Below, one piece after another: positions 24,476-38,758 of a DNA stretch of 64,000 nt. Made by a program: the position numbers and the translations under genes. Source of the stretch: the human T2T-CHM13v2.0 reference genome, Homo sapiens. Location: NCBI RefSeq assembly GCF_009914755.1, contig NC_060928.1; one strand, 5' to 3'. How positions within the stretch are numbered: position 1 is the stretch's first letter; each line of letters starts with the position of its first letter. The notes beneath the pieces were generated by a model, which saw only the letters and a program-made list of their open reading frames with translations, was not told where the DNA came from and ran no database searches.

Positions 24476-27028
24476 CATTCTCAGAAACTTGTTTGTGATG
24501 TGTGTATTCAACTAACAGAGTTGAACTTTTGTTTTTACAGAGCCGTTTTAAAACACTCTTTTTGTGGAATCAGAAAGTGGATATTCGGATGGCTCTGAGG
24601 ATTTCGTTGGAAGCGGGAATACATATAAAATCTAGAGAGAAGCATTCTCAGGAACTTCTTTGTGATGTTTGCATTGAAGTCACAGAATTGAGCATTCACT
24701 TTGATAGAGCAGGTTTGAAACACTCATTCTGTAGTATCTGGAAGTGGACATTTCAAGCGCTTTCAGGCCTATGGTGAGAAAGGAAATATCTTCGAATAAA
24801 AACTAGACAGAAGCATCCTCAGAAACTTATTTGTGATGTGTGTCCTCAACTAACAGAGTTGAAACTTTGTTTTGATACAGCATTTTGGAAACACTCTTTT
24901 TGTAGAATCTGCAGGTGGATATTTGGATAGCTTAGAGGGATTCGTTGGAAAGGGGATATCTTCATATAAAATCTAGACAGAAGCATTCTCAGAAACTTAT
25001 TTGTGATGTGTGTCCTCAACTAACAGAGTTGAACCTTTGTTTTGATACAGCATTTTGGAAACACTCCTTTTGTAGAATCTGCAGGTGGATATTTGGATAA
25101 CTTTGAAGATTTCGTTGGAAACCGGAATATCTTCATATAAAATCAAGACAGAAGCATTCTCGGAAACATCTCTGTGATGTTTGCATTCAACTCAGTAGAG
25201 TTGAACACTTCCTTTCATAGAGCCGGTTTGAAACACTCTTTCTGCACTACCTGGAAGCGGACATTTCGAGCGCTTTGAGGCCTATGGTGAAAAAGGAAAT
25301 ATCTTCTCATAAAAACCAGAAAGAAGCATTCTCAGAAACTTCTTTGTGTTGTGTGTACTCAAGTAACAGTGTTGAACCTTCCTTTTGACACAGCAGTTTT
25401 GAAACACTCTTTTGGTAGAATCTGCAAGTGGATATTTGGATAGCTTTGAGGATTTCGTTGGAAACGGGTTATCTTCATATAAAATCCAGACAGGAGCATT
25501 CTCAGAAACTTCTTTGTGCTGCATGTCCTCAATTCACAGAGCTGAACCTTTGTTTGGATACAGCATTTTGGAAACATTCCTTTAGTAGAATCTGCAAGTT
25601 GATATTTAGATAGCTTTGAAGATTTCGTTGGAAACGGGAATATCTTCATAGAAAATCTAGACGGAAGCATTCTCAGAAACTGCTTTGTGATGTTTGCATT
25701 CAAGTCACAGAGTTGAATATTCCCTTTTATAGAGTAGGTTTGAAACACTCTTTCGGCACTACCTGGAAGTGGATATTTCGAGCTCTTTGAGGCCTATGGT
25801 TAAAAGGAAATATCTTCCCATAAAAACTAGACAGAAGCCGTCTCAGAAACTTGTTTGTGATGTGTGTATTCAACTACCAGAGTTGAACATTTCTGTTACA
25901 GAGCAATTTTAAAACACTCTTTTTGTGGAATCTGAAAGTGGATAATTGGATAGCTTTGTGGATTTCGTTGGAAACGGGATGACGTATAAAATCTAGAGAG
26001 AAGCATTCTCAGGAACTTCTTTCTGATGTTTGCATTCAAGTCACAGAATTGAACATTCCTTTTCATAGTGCAGGTTTGAAACACTCTTTCTGTAGTATCT
26101 GGAAGTGGACATTTCAAGCGCTTTCAGGCCTACGGGGAGAAAGGAAATATCTTCAAATAAAAACTAGACAGAAGGATTCTCAGAAACTTATTTGTGATGT
26201 GTGTCCTAAACGAACACAGTTGAACCTTTGTTTAGATACAGCATTTTGGAAACACTCCTTTTGTAGGATCTGCAGGTGGATATTTGGATAGATTTTAAGA
26301 TTTCGTTGGAAACGGGAGTTTCTTCATAGAAACTCAAGACAGATGCATTCTCAGAAACATCTCTGTGATGTTTGCATTCCACTCATAGAGTTGAAAACTT
26401 CCTTTCATAGAGCAGGTTTGAAACACTCTTTTTGTAATATTTGGAAGTGGACATTTGCAGCGCTTTGAGGCCTATGGTGAAAAAGGAAATATCTTCTCAT
26501 AAAAACCAGAAACAAGCATTCTCAGAAACTTCTTTTTGATGTGTGTACTCAAGTAACAGAGTTGAACCTTCCTTTTGACACAGCAGTTTTGAAACAATCT
26601 TTTTGTAGAATCTGCAAGTGGATATTTGGATAGCTTTGAGGATTTCGTTGGAAACGGGATATCTTCATATAAAATCTAGACAGAAGCATTCTCAGAAACT
26701 TCTTTGTGCTGTATGTCCTCAATTAACAGAGTTGAACCATTGCTTGGATACAGCATTTTGGAAACATTCCTTGAGTAGAATCTGCAAGTTGATATTTAGA
26801 TAGATTTGAAGATTTCGTTGGAAAAGGGAATATCTCCATATAAAATCTAGACGGAAGCATTCTCAGAAACTGCTTTGTGATGTTTCCATTCAAGTCACAG
26901 AGTTGAATATTCCCTTTTATAGAGCACGTTTGAAACACTCTTTCTACACTATCTGGAAGTGGACATTTCGAGCGCTTTGAGGCCTATGGTGAAAAAGGAA
27001 ATATCTTCCCATAAAAATTAGACAGAAG
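24476..27028 (+). repeat. 15-mer HOR variant (2553 bp) lacking m10-m13
   Basis: m9 (GGAAAGGGG box) is followed at ~24984 by m14 (GATAACTTTG, GGAAACCGG). The unit is 679 bp shorter than the 19-mer. Confidence 0.9.
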
Positions 27029-28045
27029 CATTCTCAGAAACTTGTTTGTGATGTGTGTATTCAACTAACAGAGTTGAACTTTTGTTTTTACAGAGCCGTT
27101 TTAAAACACTCTTTTTGTGGAATCAGAAAGTGGATATTCGGATGGCTCTGAGGATTTCGTTGGAAGCGGGATTACATATAAAATCTAGAGAGAAGCATTC
27201 TCAGGAACTTCTTTGTGATGTTTGCATTGAAGTCACAGAATTGAACATTCACTTTGATAGAGCAGGTTTGAAACACTCATTCTGTAGTATCTGGAAGTGG
27301 ACATTTCAAGCGCTTTCAGGCCTATGGTGAAAAAGGAAATATCTTCGAATAAAAACTAGACAGAAGCATCCTCAGAAACTTATTTGTGATGTGTGTCCTC
27401 AACTAACAGAGTTGAAACTTTGTTTTGATACAGCATTTTGGAAACACTCCTTTTGTAGAATCTGCAGGTGGATATGTGGATAGCTCTGAAGATTTCGTTG
27501 GAAACGGGAATTTCTTCATATAAAATCAAACAGAAGCATTCTCAGAAACTTCTCAGTGATGTTTGCATTCAGCTCATGGAGTTGAACACTTCCTTTCATA
27601 GAGCCGGTTTGAAACACTCTTTCTGCACTACCTGGAAGAGGCCATTTCGAGCGCTTTGAGTCCTATGGTGAAAAAGGAAATATCTTCTCATAAAAACCAG
27701 AAAGAAGCATTCTCAGAAACTTCTTTGTGTTGTGTGTACTCATGTAACAGTGTTGAACCATCCTTTTGACAGAGCAGTTTTGAAACACTCTTTTTGTAGA
27801 ATCTGCAAGTGGATATTTGGATAGCTTTGAGGATTTCGTTGGAAACGGGATGACATATAATATCTAGAGAGAAGCATTCTCAGGAACTTCTTTGTGCTGT
27901 TTGCATTCAAGTCACAGAATTGAACATTCCCTTTCATAGAGCAGATTTGAAACACTCTTTCTCTAGTATCTGGAAGTGGGCATTTCAAGCGCTTTCAGGC
28001 CTATTGAGAGAAAGGAAATACCTTCAAATAAAAACTAGACAGAAG
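27029..28045 (+). repeat. 6-mer HOR variant, second copy
   Basis: Spacing is 1017, with the same m13-to-m7 junction and the same SNPs. Confidence 0.92.
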
Positions 28046-31000
28046 CATTCTCAGAAACTTGTTTGTGATGTGTGTATTCAACTAACAGAGTTGAACTTTT
28101 GTTTTTACAGAGCCGTTTTAAAACACTCTTTTTGTGGAATCAGAAAGTGGATATTCGGATGGCTCTGAGGATTTCGTTGGAAGCGGGATTACGTATAAAA
28201 TCTAGAGAGAAGCATTCTCAGGAACTTCTTTGTGATGTTTGCATTGAAGTCACAGAATTGAACATTCACTTTGATAGAGCAGGTTTGAAACACTCATTCT
28301 GTAGTATCTGGAAGTGGACATTTCAAGCGCTTTCAGGCCTATGGTGAGAAAGGAAATATCTTCGAATAAAAACTAGACAGAAGCATCCTCAGAAACTTAT
28401 TTGTGATGTGTGTCCTCAACTAACAGAGTTGAAACTTTGTTTTGATACAGCATTTTGGAAACACTCTTTTTGTAGAATCTGCAGGTGGATATTTGGATAG
28501 CTTAGAGGGATTCGTTGGAAAGGGGATATCTTCATATAAAATCTAGACAGAAGCATTCTCAGAAACTTATTTGTGATGTGTGTCCTCAACTAACAGAGTT
28601 GAACCTTGGTTTTGATACAGCATTTTGGAAACACTCCTTTTGTAGAATCTGCAGGTGGATATGTGGATAGCTCTGAAGATTTCGTTGGAAACGGGAATTT
28701 CTTCATATAAAATCAAACAGAAGCATTCTCAGAAACTTCTCAGTGATGTTTGCATTCAGCTCATGGAGTTGAACACTTCCTTTCATAGAGCCGGTTTGAA
28801 ACACTCTTTCTGCACTACCTGGAAGAGGACATTTCGAGCGCTTTGAGTCCTATGGTGAAAAAGGAAATATCTTCTCATAAAAACCAGAAAGAAGCATTCT
28901 CAGAAACTTCTTTGTGTTGTGTGTACTCATGTAACAGTGTTGAACCATCCTTTTGACAGAGCAGTTTTGAAACACTCTTTTTGTAGAATCTGCAAGTGGA
29001 TATTTGGATAGCTTTGAGGATTTCGTTGGAAACGGGATGACATATAATATCTAGAGAGAAGCATTCTCAGGAACTTCTTTGTGATGTTTGCATTCAAGTC
29101 ACAGAATTGAACATTCCCTTTCATAGAGCAGGTTTGAAACACTCTTTCTCTAGTATCTGGAAGTGGGCATTTCAAGCGCTTTCAGGCCTATGGAGAGAAA
29201 GGAAATACCTTCAAATAAAAACTAGACAGAAGCATTCTCAGAAACTTATTTGTGATGTGTGTCCTCAACTAACAGAGTTGAACCTTTGTTTTGATACAGC
29301 ATTTTGGAAACACTCCTTTTGTAGAATCTGCAGGTGGATATTTGGATAACTTTGAAGATTTCGTTGGAAACCGGAATATCTTCATATAAAATCAAGACAG
29401 AAGCATTCTCGGAAACATCTCTGTGATGTTTGCATTCAACTCAGTAGAGTTGAACACTTCCTTTCATAGAGCCGGTTTGAAACACTCTTTCTGCACTACC
29501 TGGAAGCGGACATTTCGAGCGCTTTGAGGCCTATGGTGAAAAAGGAAATATCTTCTCATAAAAACCAGAAAGAAGCATTCTCAGAAACTTCTTTGTGTTG
29601 TGTGTACTCAAGTAACAGTGTTGAACCTTCCTTTTGACACAGCAGTTTTGAAACACTCTTTTGGTAGAATCTGCAAGTGGATATTTGGATAGCTTTGAGG
29701 ATTTCGTTGGAAACGGGTTATCTTCATATAAAATCCAGACAGGAGCATTCTCAGAAACTTCTTTGTGCTGCATGTCCTCAATTCACAGAGCTGAACCTTT
29801 GTTTGGATACAGCATTTTGGAAACATTCCTTTAGTAGAATCTGCAAGTTGATATTTAGATAGCTTTGAAGATTTCGTTGGAAACGGGAATATCTTCATAG
29901 AAAATCTAGACGGAAGCATTCTCAGAAACTGCTTTGTGATGTTTGCATTCAAGTCACAGAGTTGAATATTCCCTTTTATAGAGTAGGTTTGAAACACTCT
30001 TTCGGCACTACCTGGAAGTGGATATTTCGAGCTCTTTGAGGCCTATGGTTAAAAGGAAATATCTTCCCATAAAAACTAGACAGAAGCCGTCTCAGAAACT
30101 TGTTTGTGATGTGTGTATTCAACTAACAGAGTTGAACATTTCTGTTACAGAGCAATTTTAAAACACTCTTTTTGTGGAATCTGAAAGTGGATAATTGGAT
30201 AGCTTTGTGGATTTCGTTGGAAACGGGATGACGTATAAAATCTAGAGAGAAGCATTCTCAGGAACTTCTTTCTGATGTTTGCATTCAAGTCACAGAATTG
30301 AACATTCCTTTTCATAGTGCAGGTTTGAAACACTCTTTCTGTAGTATCTGGAAGTGGACATTTCAAGCGCTTTCAGGCCTACGGGGAGAAAGGAAATATC
30401 TTCAAATAAAAACGAGACAGAAGGATTCTCAGAAACTTATTTGTGATGTGTGTCCTAAACGAACACAGTTGAACCTTTGTTTAGATACAGCATTTTGGAA
30501 ACACTCCTTTTGTAGGATCTGCAGGTGGATATTTGGATAGATTTTAAGATTTCGTTGGAAACGGGAGTTTCTTCATAGAAACTCAAGACAGATGCATTCT
30601 CAGAAACATCTCTGTGATGTTTGCATTCCACTCATAGAGTTGAAAACTTCCTTTCATAGAGCAGGTTTGAAACACTCTTTTTGTAATATTTGGAAGTGGA
30701 CATTTGCAGCGCTTTGAGGCCTATGGTGAAAAAGGAAATATCTTCTCATAAAAACCAGAAACAAGCATTCTCAGAAACTTCATTTTGATGTGTGTACTCA
30801 AGTAACAGAGTTGAACCTTCCTTTTGACACAGCAGTTTTGAAACAATCTCTTTGTAGAATCTGCAAGTGGATATTTGGATAGCTTTGAGGATTTCGTTGG
30901 AAACGGGATATCTTCATATAAAATCTAGACAGAAGCATTCTCAGAAACTTCTTTGTGCTGTATGTCCTCAATTAACAGAGTTGAACCATTGCTTGGATAC

Positions 31001-31277
31001 AGCATTTTGGAAACATTCCTTTAGTAGAATCTGCAAGTTGATATTTAGATAGATTTGAAGATTTCGTTGGAAAAGGGAATATCTCCATATAAAATCTAGA
31101 CGGAAGCATTCTCAGAAACTGCTTTGTGATGTTTCCATTCAAGTCACAGAGTTGAATATTCCCTTTTATAGAGCACGTTTGAAACACTCTTTCTGCACTA
31201 TCTGGAAGTGGACATTTCGAGCGCTTTGAGGCCTATGGTGAAAAAGGAAATATCTTCCCATAAAAATTAGACAGAAG
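28046..31277 (+). repeat. Canonical 19-mer HOR
   Basis: Spacing is 3232. Confidence 0.92.
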
Positions 31278-32294
31278 CATTCTCAGAAACTTGTTTGTGA
31301 TGTGTGTATTCAACTAACAGAGTTGAACTTTTGTTTTTACAGAGCCGTTTTAAAACACTCTTTTTGTGGAATCAGAAAGTGGATATTCGGATGGCTCTGA
31401 GGATTTCGTTGGAAGCGGGATTACATATAAAATCTAGAGAGAAGCATTCTCAGGAACTTCTTTGTGATGTTTGCATTGAAGTCACAGAATTGAACATTCA
31501 CTTTGATAGAGCAGGTTTGAAACACTCATTCTGTAGTATCTGGAAGTGGACATTTCAAGCGCTTTCAGGCCTATGGTGAAAAAGGAAATATCTTCGAATA
31601 AAAACTAGACAGAAGCATCCTCAGAAACTTATTTGTGATGTGTGTCCTCAACTAACAGAGCTGAAACTTTGTTTTGATACAGCATTTTGGAAACACTCCT
31701 TTTGTAGAATCTGCAGGTGGATATGTGGATAGCTCTGAAGATTTCGTTGGAAACGGGAATTTCTTCATATAAAATCAAACAGAAGCATTCTCAGAAACTT
31801 CTCAGTGATGTTTGCATTCAGCTCATGGAGTTGAACACTTCCTTTCATAGAGTCGGTTTGAAACACTCTTTCTGCACTACCTGGAAGAGGCCATTTCGAG
31901 CGCTTTGAGTCCTATGGTGAAAAAGGAAATATCTTCTCATAAAAACCAGAAAGAAGCATTCTCAGAAACTTCTTTGTGTTGTGTGTACTCATGTAACAGT
32001 GTTGAACCATCCTTTTGACAGAGCAGTTTTGAAACACTCTTTTTGTAGAATCTGCAAGTGGATATTTGGATAGCTTTGAGGATTTCGTTGGAAACGGGAT
32101 GACATATAATATCTAGAGAGAAGCATTCTCAGGAACTTCTTTGTGCTGTTTGCATTCAAGTCACAGAATTGAACATTCCCTTTCATAGAGCAGATTTGAA
32201 ACACTCTTTCTCTAGTATCTGGAAGTGGGCATTTCAAGCGCTTTCAGGCCTATTGAGAGAAAGGAAATACCTTCAAATAAAAACTAGTCAGAAG
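31278..32294 (+). repeat. 6-mer HOR variant, third copy
   Basis: Spacing is 1017, with the same junction. Confidence 0.92.
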
Positions 32295-35200
32295 CATTCT
32301 CAGAAACTTGTTTGTGATGTGTGTATTCAACTAACAGAGTTGAACTTTTGTTTTTACAGAGCCGTTTTAAAACACTCTTTTTGTGGAATCAGAAAGTGGA
32401 TATTCGGATGGCTCTGAGGATTTCGTTGGAAGCGGGAATACATATAAAATCTAGAGAGAAGCATTCTCAGGAACTTCTTTGTGATGTTTGCATTGAAGTC
32501 ACAGAATTGAACATTCACTTTGATAGAGCAGGTTTGAAACACTCATTCTGTAGTATCTGGAAGTGGACATTTCAAGCGCTTTCAGGCCTATGGTGAGAAA
32601 GGAAATATCTTCGAATAAAAACTAGACAGAAGCATCCTCAGAAACTTATTTGTGATGTGTGTCCTCAACTAACAGAGTTGAAACTTTGTTTTGATACAGC
32701 ATTTTGGAAACACTCTTTTTGTAGAATCTGCAGGTGGATATTTGGATAGCTTAGAGGGATTCGTTGGAAAGGGGATATCTTCATATAAAATCTAGACAGA
32801 AGCATTCTCAGAAACTTATTTGTGATGTGTGTCCTCAACTAACAGAGTTGAACCTTGGTTTTGATACAGCATTTTGGAAACGCTCCTTTTGTAGAATCTG
32901 CAGGTGGATATGTGGATAGCTCTGAAGATTTCGTTGGAAACGGGAATTTCTTCATATAAAATCAAACAGAAGCATTCTCAGAAACTTCTCAGTGATGTTT
33001 GCATTCAGCTCATGGAGTTGAACACTTCCTTTCATAGAGCCGGTTTGAAACACTCTTTCTGCACTACCTGGAAGAGGACATTTCGAGCGCTTTGAGTCCT
33101 ATGGTGAAAAAGGAAATATCTTCTCATAAAAACCAGAAAGAAGCATTCTCAGAAACTTCTTTGTGTTGTGTGTACTCATGTAACAGTGTTGAACCATCCT
33201 TTTGACAGAGCAGTTTTGAAACACTCTTTTTGTAGAATCTGCAAGTGGATATTTGGATAGCTTTGAGGATTTCGTTGGAAACGGGATGACATATAATATC
33301 TAGAGAGAAGCATACTCAGGAACTTCTTTGTGATGTTTGCATTCAAGTCACAGAATTGAACATTCCCTTTCATAGAGCAGGTTTGAAACACTCTTTCTCT
33401 AGTATCTGGAAGTGGGCATTTCAAGCGCTTTCAGGCCTATGGAGAGAAAGGAAATACCTTCAAATAAAAACTAGACAGAAGCATTCTCAGAAACTTATTT
33501 GTGATGTGTGTCCTCAACTAACAGAGTTGAACCTTTGTTTTGATACAGCATTTTGGAAACACTCCTTTTGTAGAATCTGCAGGTGGATATTTGGATAACT
33601 TTGAAGATTTCGTTGGAAACCGGAATATCTTCATATAAAATCAAGACAGAAGCATTCTCGGAAACATCTCTGTGATGTTTGCATTCAACTCAGTAGAGTT
33701 GAACACTTCCTTTCATAGAGCAGGTTTGAAACACTCTTTCTGCACTACCTGGAAGCGGACATTTCGAGCGCTTTGAGGCCTATGGTGAAAAAGGAAATAT
33801 CTTCTCATAAAAACCAGAAAGAAGCATTCTCAGAAACTTCTTTGTGTTGTGTGTACTCAAGTAACAGTGTTGAACCTTCCTTTTGACACAGCAGTTTTGA
33901 AACACTCTTTTGGTAGAATCTGCAAGTGGATATTTGGATAGCTTTGAGGATTTCGTTGGAAACGGGTTATCTTCATATAAAATCCAGACAGGAGCATTCT
34001 CAGAAACTTCTTTGTGCTGCATGTCCTCAATTCACAGAGCTGAACCTTTGTTTGGATACAGCATTTTGGAAACATTCCTTTAGTAGAATCTGCAAGTTGA
34101 TATTTAGATAGCTTTGAAGATTTCGTTGGAAACGGGAATATCTTCATAGAAAATCTAGACGGAAGCATTCTCAGAAACTGCTTTGTGATGTTTGCATTCA
34201 AGTCACAGAGTTGAATATTCCCTTTTATAGAGTAGGTTTGAAACACTCTTTCGGCACTACCTGGAAGTGGATATTTCGAGCTCTTTGAGGCCTATGGTTA
34301 AAAGGAAATATCTTCCCATAAAAACTAGACAGAAGCCGTCTCAGAAACTTGTTTGTGATGTGTGTATTCAACTAACAGAGTTGAACATTTCTGTTACAGA
34401 GCAATTTTAAAACACTCTTTTTGTGGAATCTGAAAGTGGATAATTGGATAGCTTTGTGGATTTCGTTGGAAACGGGATGACGTATAAAATCTAGAGAGAA
34501 GCATTCTCAGGAACTTCTTTCTGATGTTTGCATTCAAGTCACAGAATTGAACATTCCTTTTCATAGTGCAGGTTTGAAACACTCTTTCTGTAGTATCTGG
34601 AAGTGGACATTTCAAGCGCTTTCAGGCCTACGGGGAGAAAGGAAATATCTTCAAATAAAAACTAGACAGAAGGATTCTCAGAAACTTATTTGTGATGTGT
34701 GTCCTAAACGAACACAGTTGAACCTTTGTTTTGATACAGCATTTTGGAAACACTCCTTTTGTAGGATCTGCAGGTGGATATTTGGATAGATTTTAAGATT
34801 TCGTTGGAAACGGGAGTTTCTTCATAGAAACTCAAGACAGATGCATTCTCAGAAACATCTCTGTGATGTTTGCATTCCACTCATAGTGTTGAAAACTTCC
34901 TTTCATAGAGCAGGTTTGAAACACTCTTTTTGTAATATTTGGAAGTGGACATTTGCAGCGCTTTGAGGCCTATGGTGAAAAAGGAAATATCTTCTCATAA
35001 AAACCAGAAACAAGCATTCTCAGAAACTTCTTTTTGATGTGTGTACTCAAGTAACAGAGTTGAACCTTCCTTTTGACACAGCAGTTTTGAAACAATCTTT
35101 TTGTAGAATCTGCAAGTGGATATTTGGATAGCTTTGAGGATTTCGTTGGAAACGGGATATCTTCATATAAAATCCAGACAGAAGCATTCTCAGAAACTTC

Positions 35201-38200
35201 TTTGTGCTGTATGTCCTCAATTAACAGAGTTGAACCATTGCTTGGATACAGCATTTTGGAAACATTCCTGGAGTAGAATCTGCAAGTTGATATTTAGATA
35301 GATTTGAAGATTTCGTTGGAAAAGGGAATATCTCCATATAAAATCTAGAGGGAAGCATTCTCAGAAACTGCTTTGTGATGTTTCCATTCAAGTCACAGAG
35401 TTGAATATTCCCTTTTATAGAGCACGTTTGAAACACTCTTTCTGCACTATCTGGAAGTGGACATTTCGAGCGCTTTGAGGCCTATGGTGAAAAAGGAAAT
35501 ATCTTCCCATAAAAACTAGACAGAAGCATTCTCAGAAACTTGTTTGTGATGTGTGTATTCAACTAACAGAGTTGAACTTTTGTTTTTACAGAGCCGTTTT
35601 AAAACACTCTTTTTGTGGAATCAGAAAGTGGATATTCGGATGGCTCTGAGGATTTCGTTGGAAGCGGGATTACATATAAAATCTAGAGAGAAGCATTCTC
35701 AGGAACTTCTTTGTGATGTTTGCATTGAAGTCACAGAATTGAACATTCACTTTGATAGAGCAGGTTTGAAACACTCATTCTGTAGTATCTGGAAGTGGAC
35801 ATTTCAAGCGCTTTCAGGCCTATGGTGAGAAAGGAAATATCTTCGAATAAAAACTAGACAGAAGCATCCTCAGAAACTTATTTGTGATGTGTGTCCTCAA
35901 CTAACAGAGTTGAAACTTTGTTTTGATACAGCATTTTGGAAACACTCTTTTTGTAGAATCTGCAGGTGGATATTTGGATAGCTTAGAGGGATTCGTTGGA
36001 AAGGGGATATCTTCATATAAAATCTAGACAGAAGCATTCTCAGAAACTTATTTGTGATGTGTGTCCTCAACTAACAGAGTTGAACCTTGGTTTTGATACA
36101 GCATTTTGGAAACACTCCTTTTGTAGAATCTGCAGGTGGATATGTGGATAGCTCTGAAGATTTCGTTGGAAACGGGAATTTCTTCATATAAAATCAAACA
36201 GAAGCATTCTCAGAAACTTCTCAGTGATGTTTGCATTCAGCTCATGGAGTTGAACACTTCCTTTCATAGAGCCGGTTTGAAACACTCTTTCTGCACTACC
36301 TGGAAGAGGACATTTCGAGCGCTTTGAGTCCTATGGTGAAAAAGGAAATATCTTCTCATAAAAACCAGAAAGAAGCATTCTCAGAAACTTCTTTGTGTTG
36401 TGTGTACTCATGTAACAGTGTTGAACCATCCTTTTGACAGAGCAGTTTTGAAACACTCTTTTTGTAGAATCTGCAAGTGGATATTTGGATAGCTTTGAGG
36501 ATTTCGTTGGAAACGGGATGACATATAATATCTAGAGAGAAGCATTCTCAGGAACTTCTTTGTGATGTTTGCATTCAAGTCACAGAATTGAACATTCCCT
36601 TTCATAGAGCAGGTTTGAAACACTCTTTCTCTAGTATCTGGAAGTGGGCATTTCAAGCGCTTTCAGGCCTATGGAGAGAAAGGAAATACCTTCAAATAAA
36701 AACTAGACAGAAGCATTCTCAGAAACTTATTTGTGATGTGTGTCCTCAACTAACAGAGTTGAACCTTTGTTTTGATACAGCATTTTGGAAACACTCCTTT
36801 TGTAGAATCTGCAGGTGGATATTTGGATAACTTTGAAGATTTCGTTGGAAACCGGAATATCTTCATATAAAATCAAGACAGAAGCATTCTCGGAAACATC
36901 TCTGTGATGTTTGCATTCAACTCAGTAGAGTTGAACACTTCCTTTCATAGAGCCGGTTTGAAACACTCTTTCTGCACTACCTGGAAGCGGACATTTCGAG
37001 CGCTTTGAGGCCTATGGTGAAAAAGGAAATATCTTCTCATAAAAACCAGAAAGAAGCATTCTCAGAAACTTCTTTGTGTTGTGTGTACTCAAGTAACAGT
37101 GTTGAACCTTCCTTTTGACACAGCAGTTTTGAAACACTCTTTTGGTAGAATCTGCAAGTGGATATTTGGATAGCTTTGAGGATTTCGTTGGAAACGGGTT
37201 ATCTTCATATAAAATCCAGACAGGAGCATTCTCAGAAACTTCTTTGTGCTGCATGTCCTCAATTCACAGAGCTGAACCTTTGTTTGGATACAGCATTTTG
37301 GAAACATTCCTTTAGTAGAATCTGCAAGTTGATATTTAGATAGCTTTGAAGATTTCGTTGGAAACGGGAATATCTTCATAGAAAATCTAGACGGAAGCAT
37401 TCTCAGAAACTGCTTTGTGATGTTTGCATTCAAGTCACAGAGTTGAATATTCCCTTTTATAGAGTAGGTTTGAAACACTCTTTCGGCACTACCTGGAAGT
37501 GGATATTTCGAGCTCTTTGAGGCCTATGGTTAAAAGGAAATATCTTCCCATAAAAACTAGACAGAAGCCGTCTCAGAAACTTGTTTGTGATGTGTGTATT
37601 CAACTAACAGAGTTGAACATTTCTGTTACAGAGCAATTTTAAAACACTCTTTTTGTGGAATCTGAAAGTGGATAATTGGATAGCTTTGTGGATTTCGTTG
37701 GAAACGGGATGACGTATAAAATCTAGAGAGAAGCATTCTCAGGAACTTCTTTCTGATGTTTGCATTCAAGTCACAGAATTGAACATTCCTTTTCATAGTG
37801 CAGGTTTGAAACACTCTTTCTGTAGTATCTGGAAGTGGACATTTCAAGCGCTTTCAGGCCTACGGGGAGAAAGGAAATATCTTCAAATAAAAACGAGACA
37901 GAAGGATTCTCAGAAACTTATTTGTGATGTGTGTCCTAAACGAAAACAGTTGAACCTTTGTTTTGATACAGCATTTTGGAAACACTCCTTTTGTAGGATC
38001 TGCAGGTGGATATTTGGATAGATTTTAAGATTTCGTTGGAAACGGGAGTTTCTTCATAGAAACTCAAGACAGATGCATTCTCAGAAACATCTCTGTGATG
38101 TTTGCATTCCACTCATAGAGTTGAAAACTTCCTTTCATAGAGCAGGTTTGAAACACTCTTTTTGTAATATTTGGAAGTGGACATTTGCAGCGCTTTGAGG

Positions 38201-38758
38201 CCTATGGTGAAAAAGGAAATATCTTCTCATAAAAACCAGAAACAAGCATTCTCAGAAACTTCTTTTTGATGTGTGTACTCAAGTAACAGAGTTGAACCTT
38301 CCTTTTGACACAGCAGTTTTGAAACAATCTTTTTGTAGAATCTGCAAGTGGATATTTGGATAGCTTTGAGGATTTCGTTGGAAACGGGATATCTTCATAT
38401 AAAATCTAGACAGAAGCATTCTCAGAAACTTCTTTGTGCTGTATGTCCTCAATTAACAGAGTTGAACCATTGCTTGGATACAGCATTTTGGAAACATTCC
38501 TTTAGTAGAATCTGCAAGTTGATATTTAGATAGATTTGAAGATTTCGTTGGAAAAGGGAATATCTCCATATAAAATCTAGACGGAAGCATTCTCAGAAAC
38601 TGCTTTGTGATGTTTCCATTCAAGTCACAGAGTTGAATATTCCCTTTTATAGAGCACGTTTGAAACACTCTTTCTGCACTATCTGGAAGTGGACATTTCG
38701 AGCGCTTTGAGGCCTATGGTGAAAAAGGAAATATCTTCCCATAAAAATTAGACAGAAG
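32295..38758 (+). repeat. Two canonical 19-mer HORs
   Basis: m7 starts at 32295, 35527 and 38759. Confidence 0.92.
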
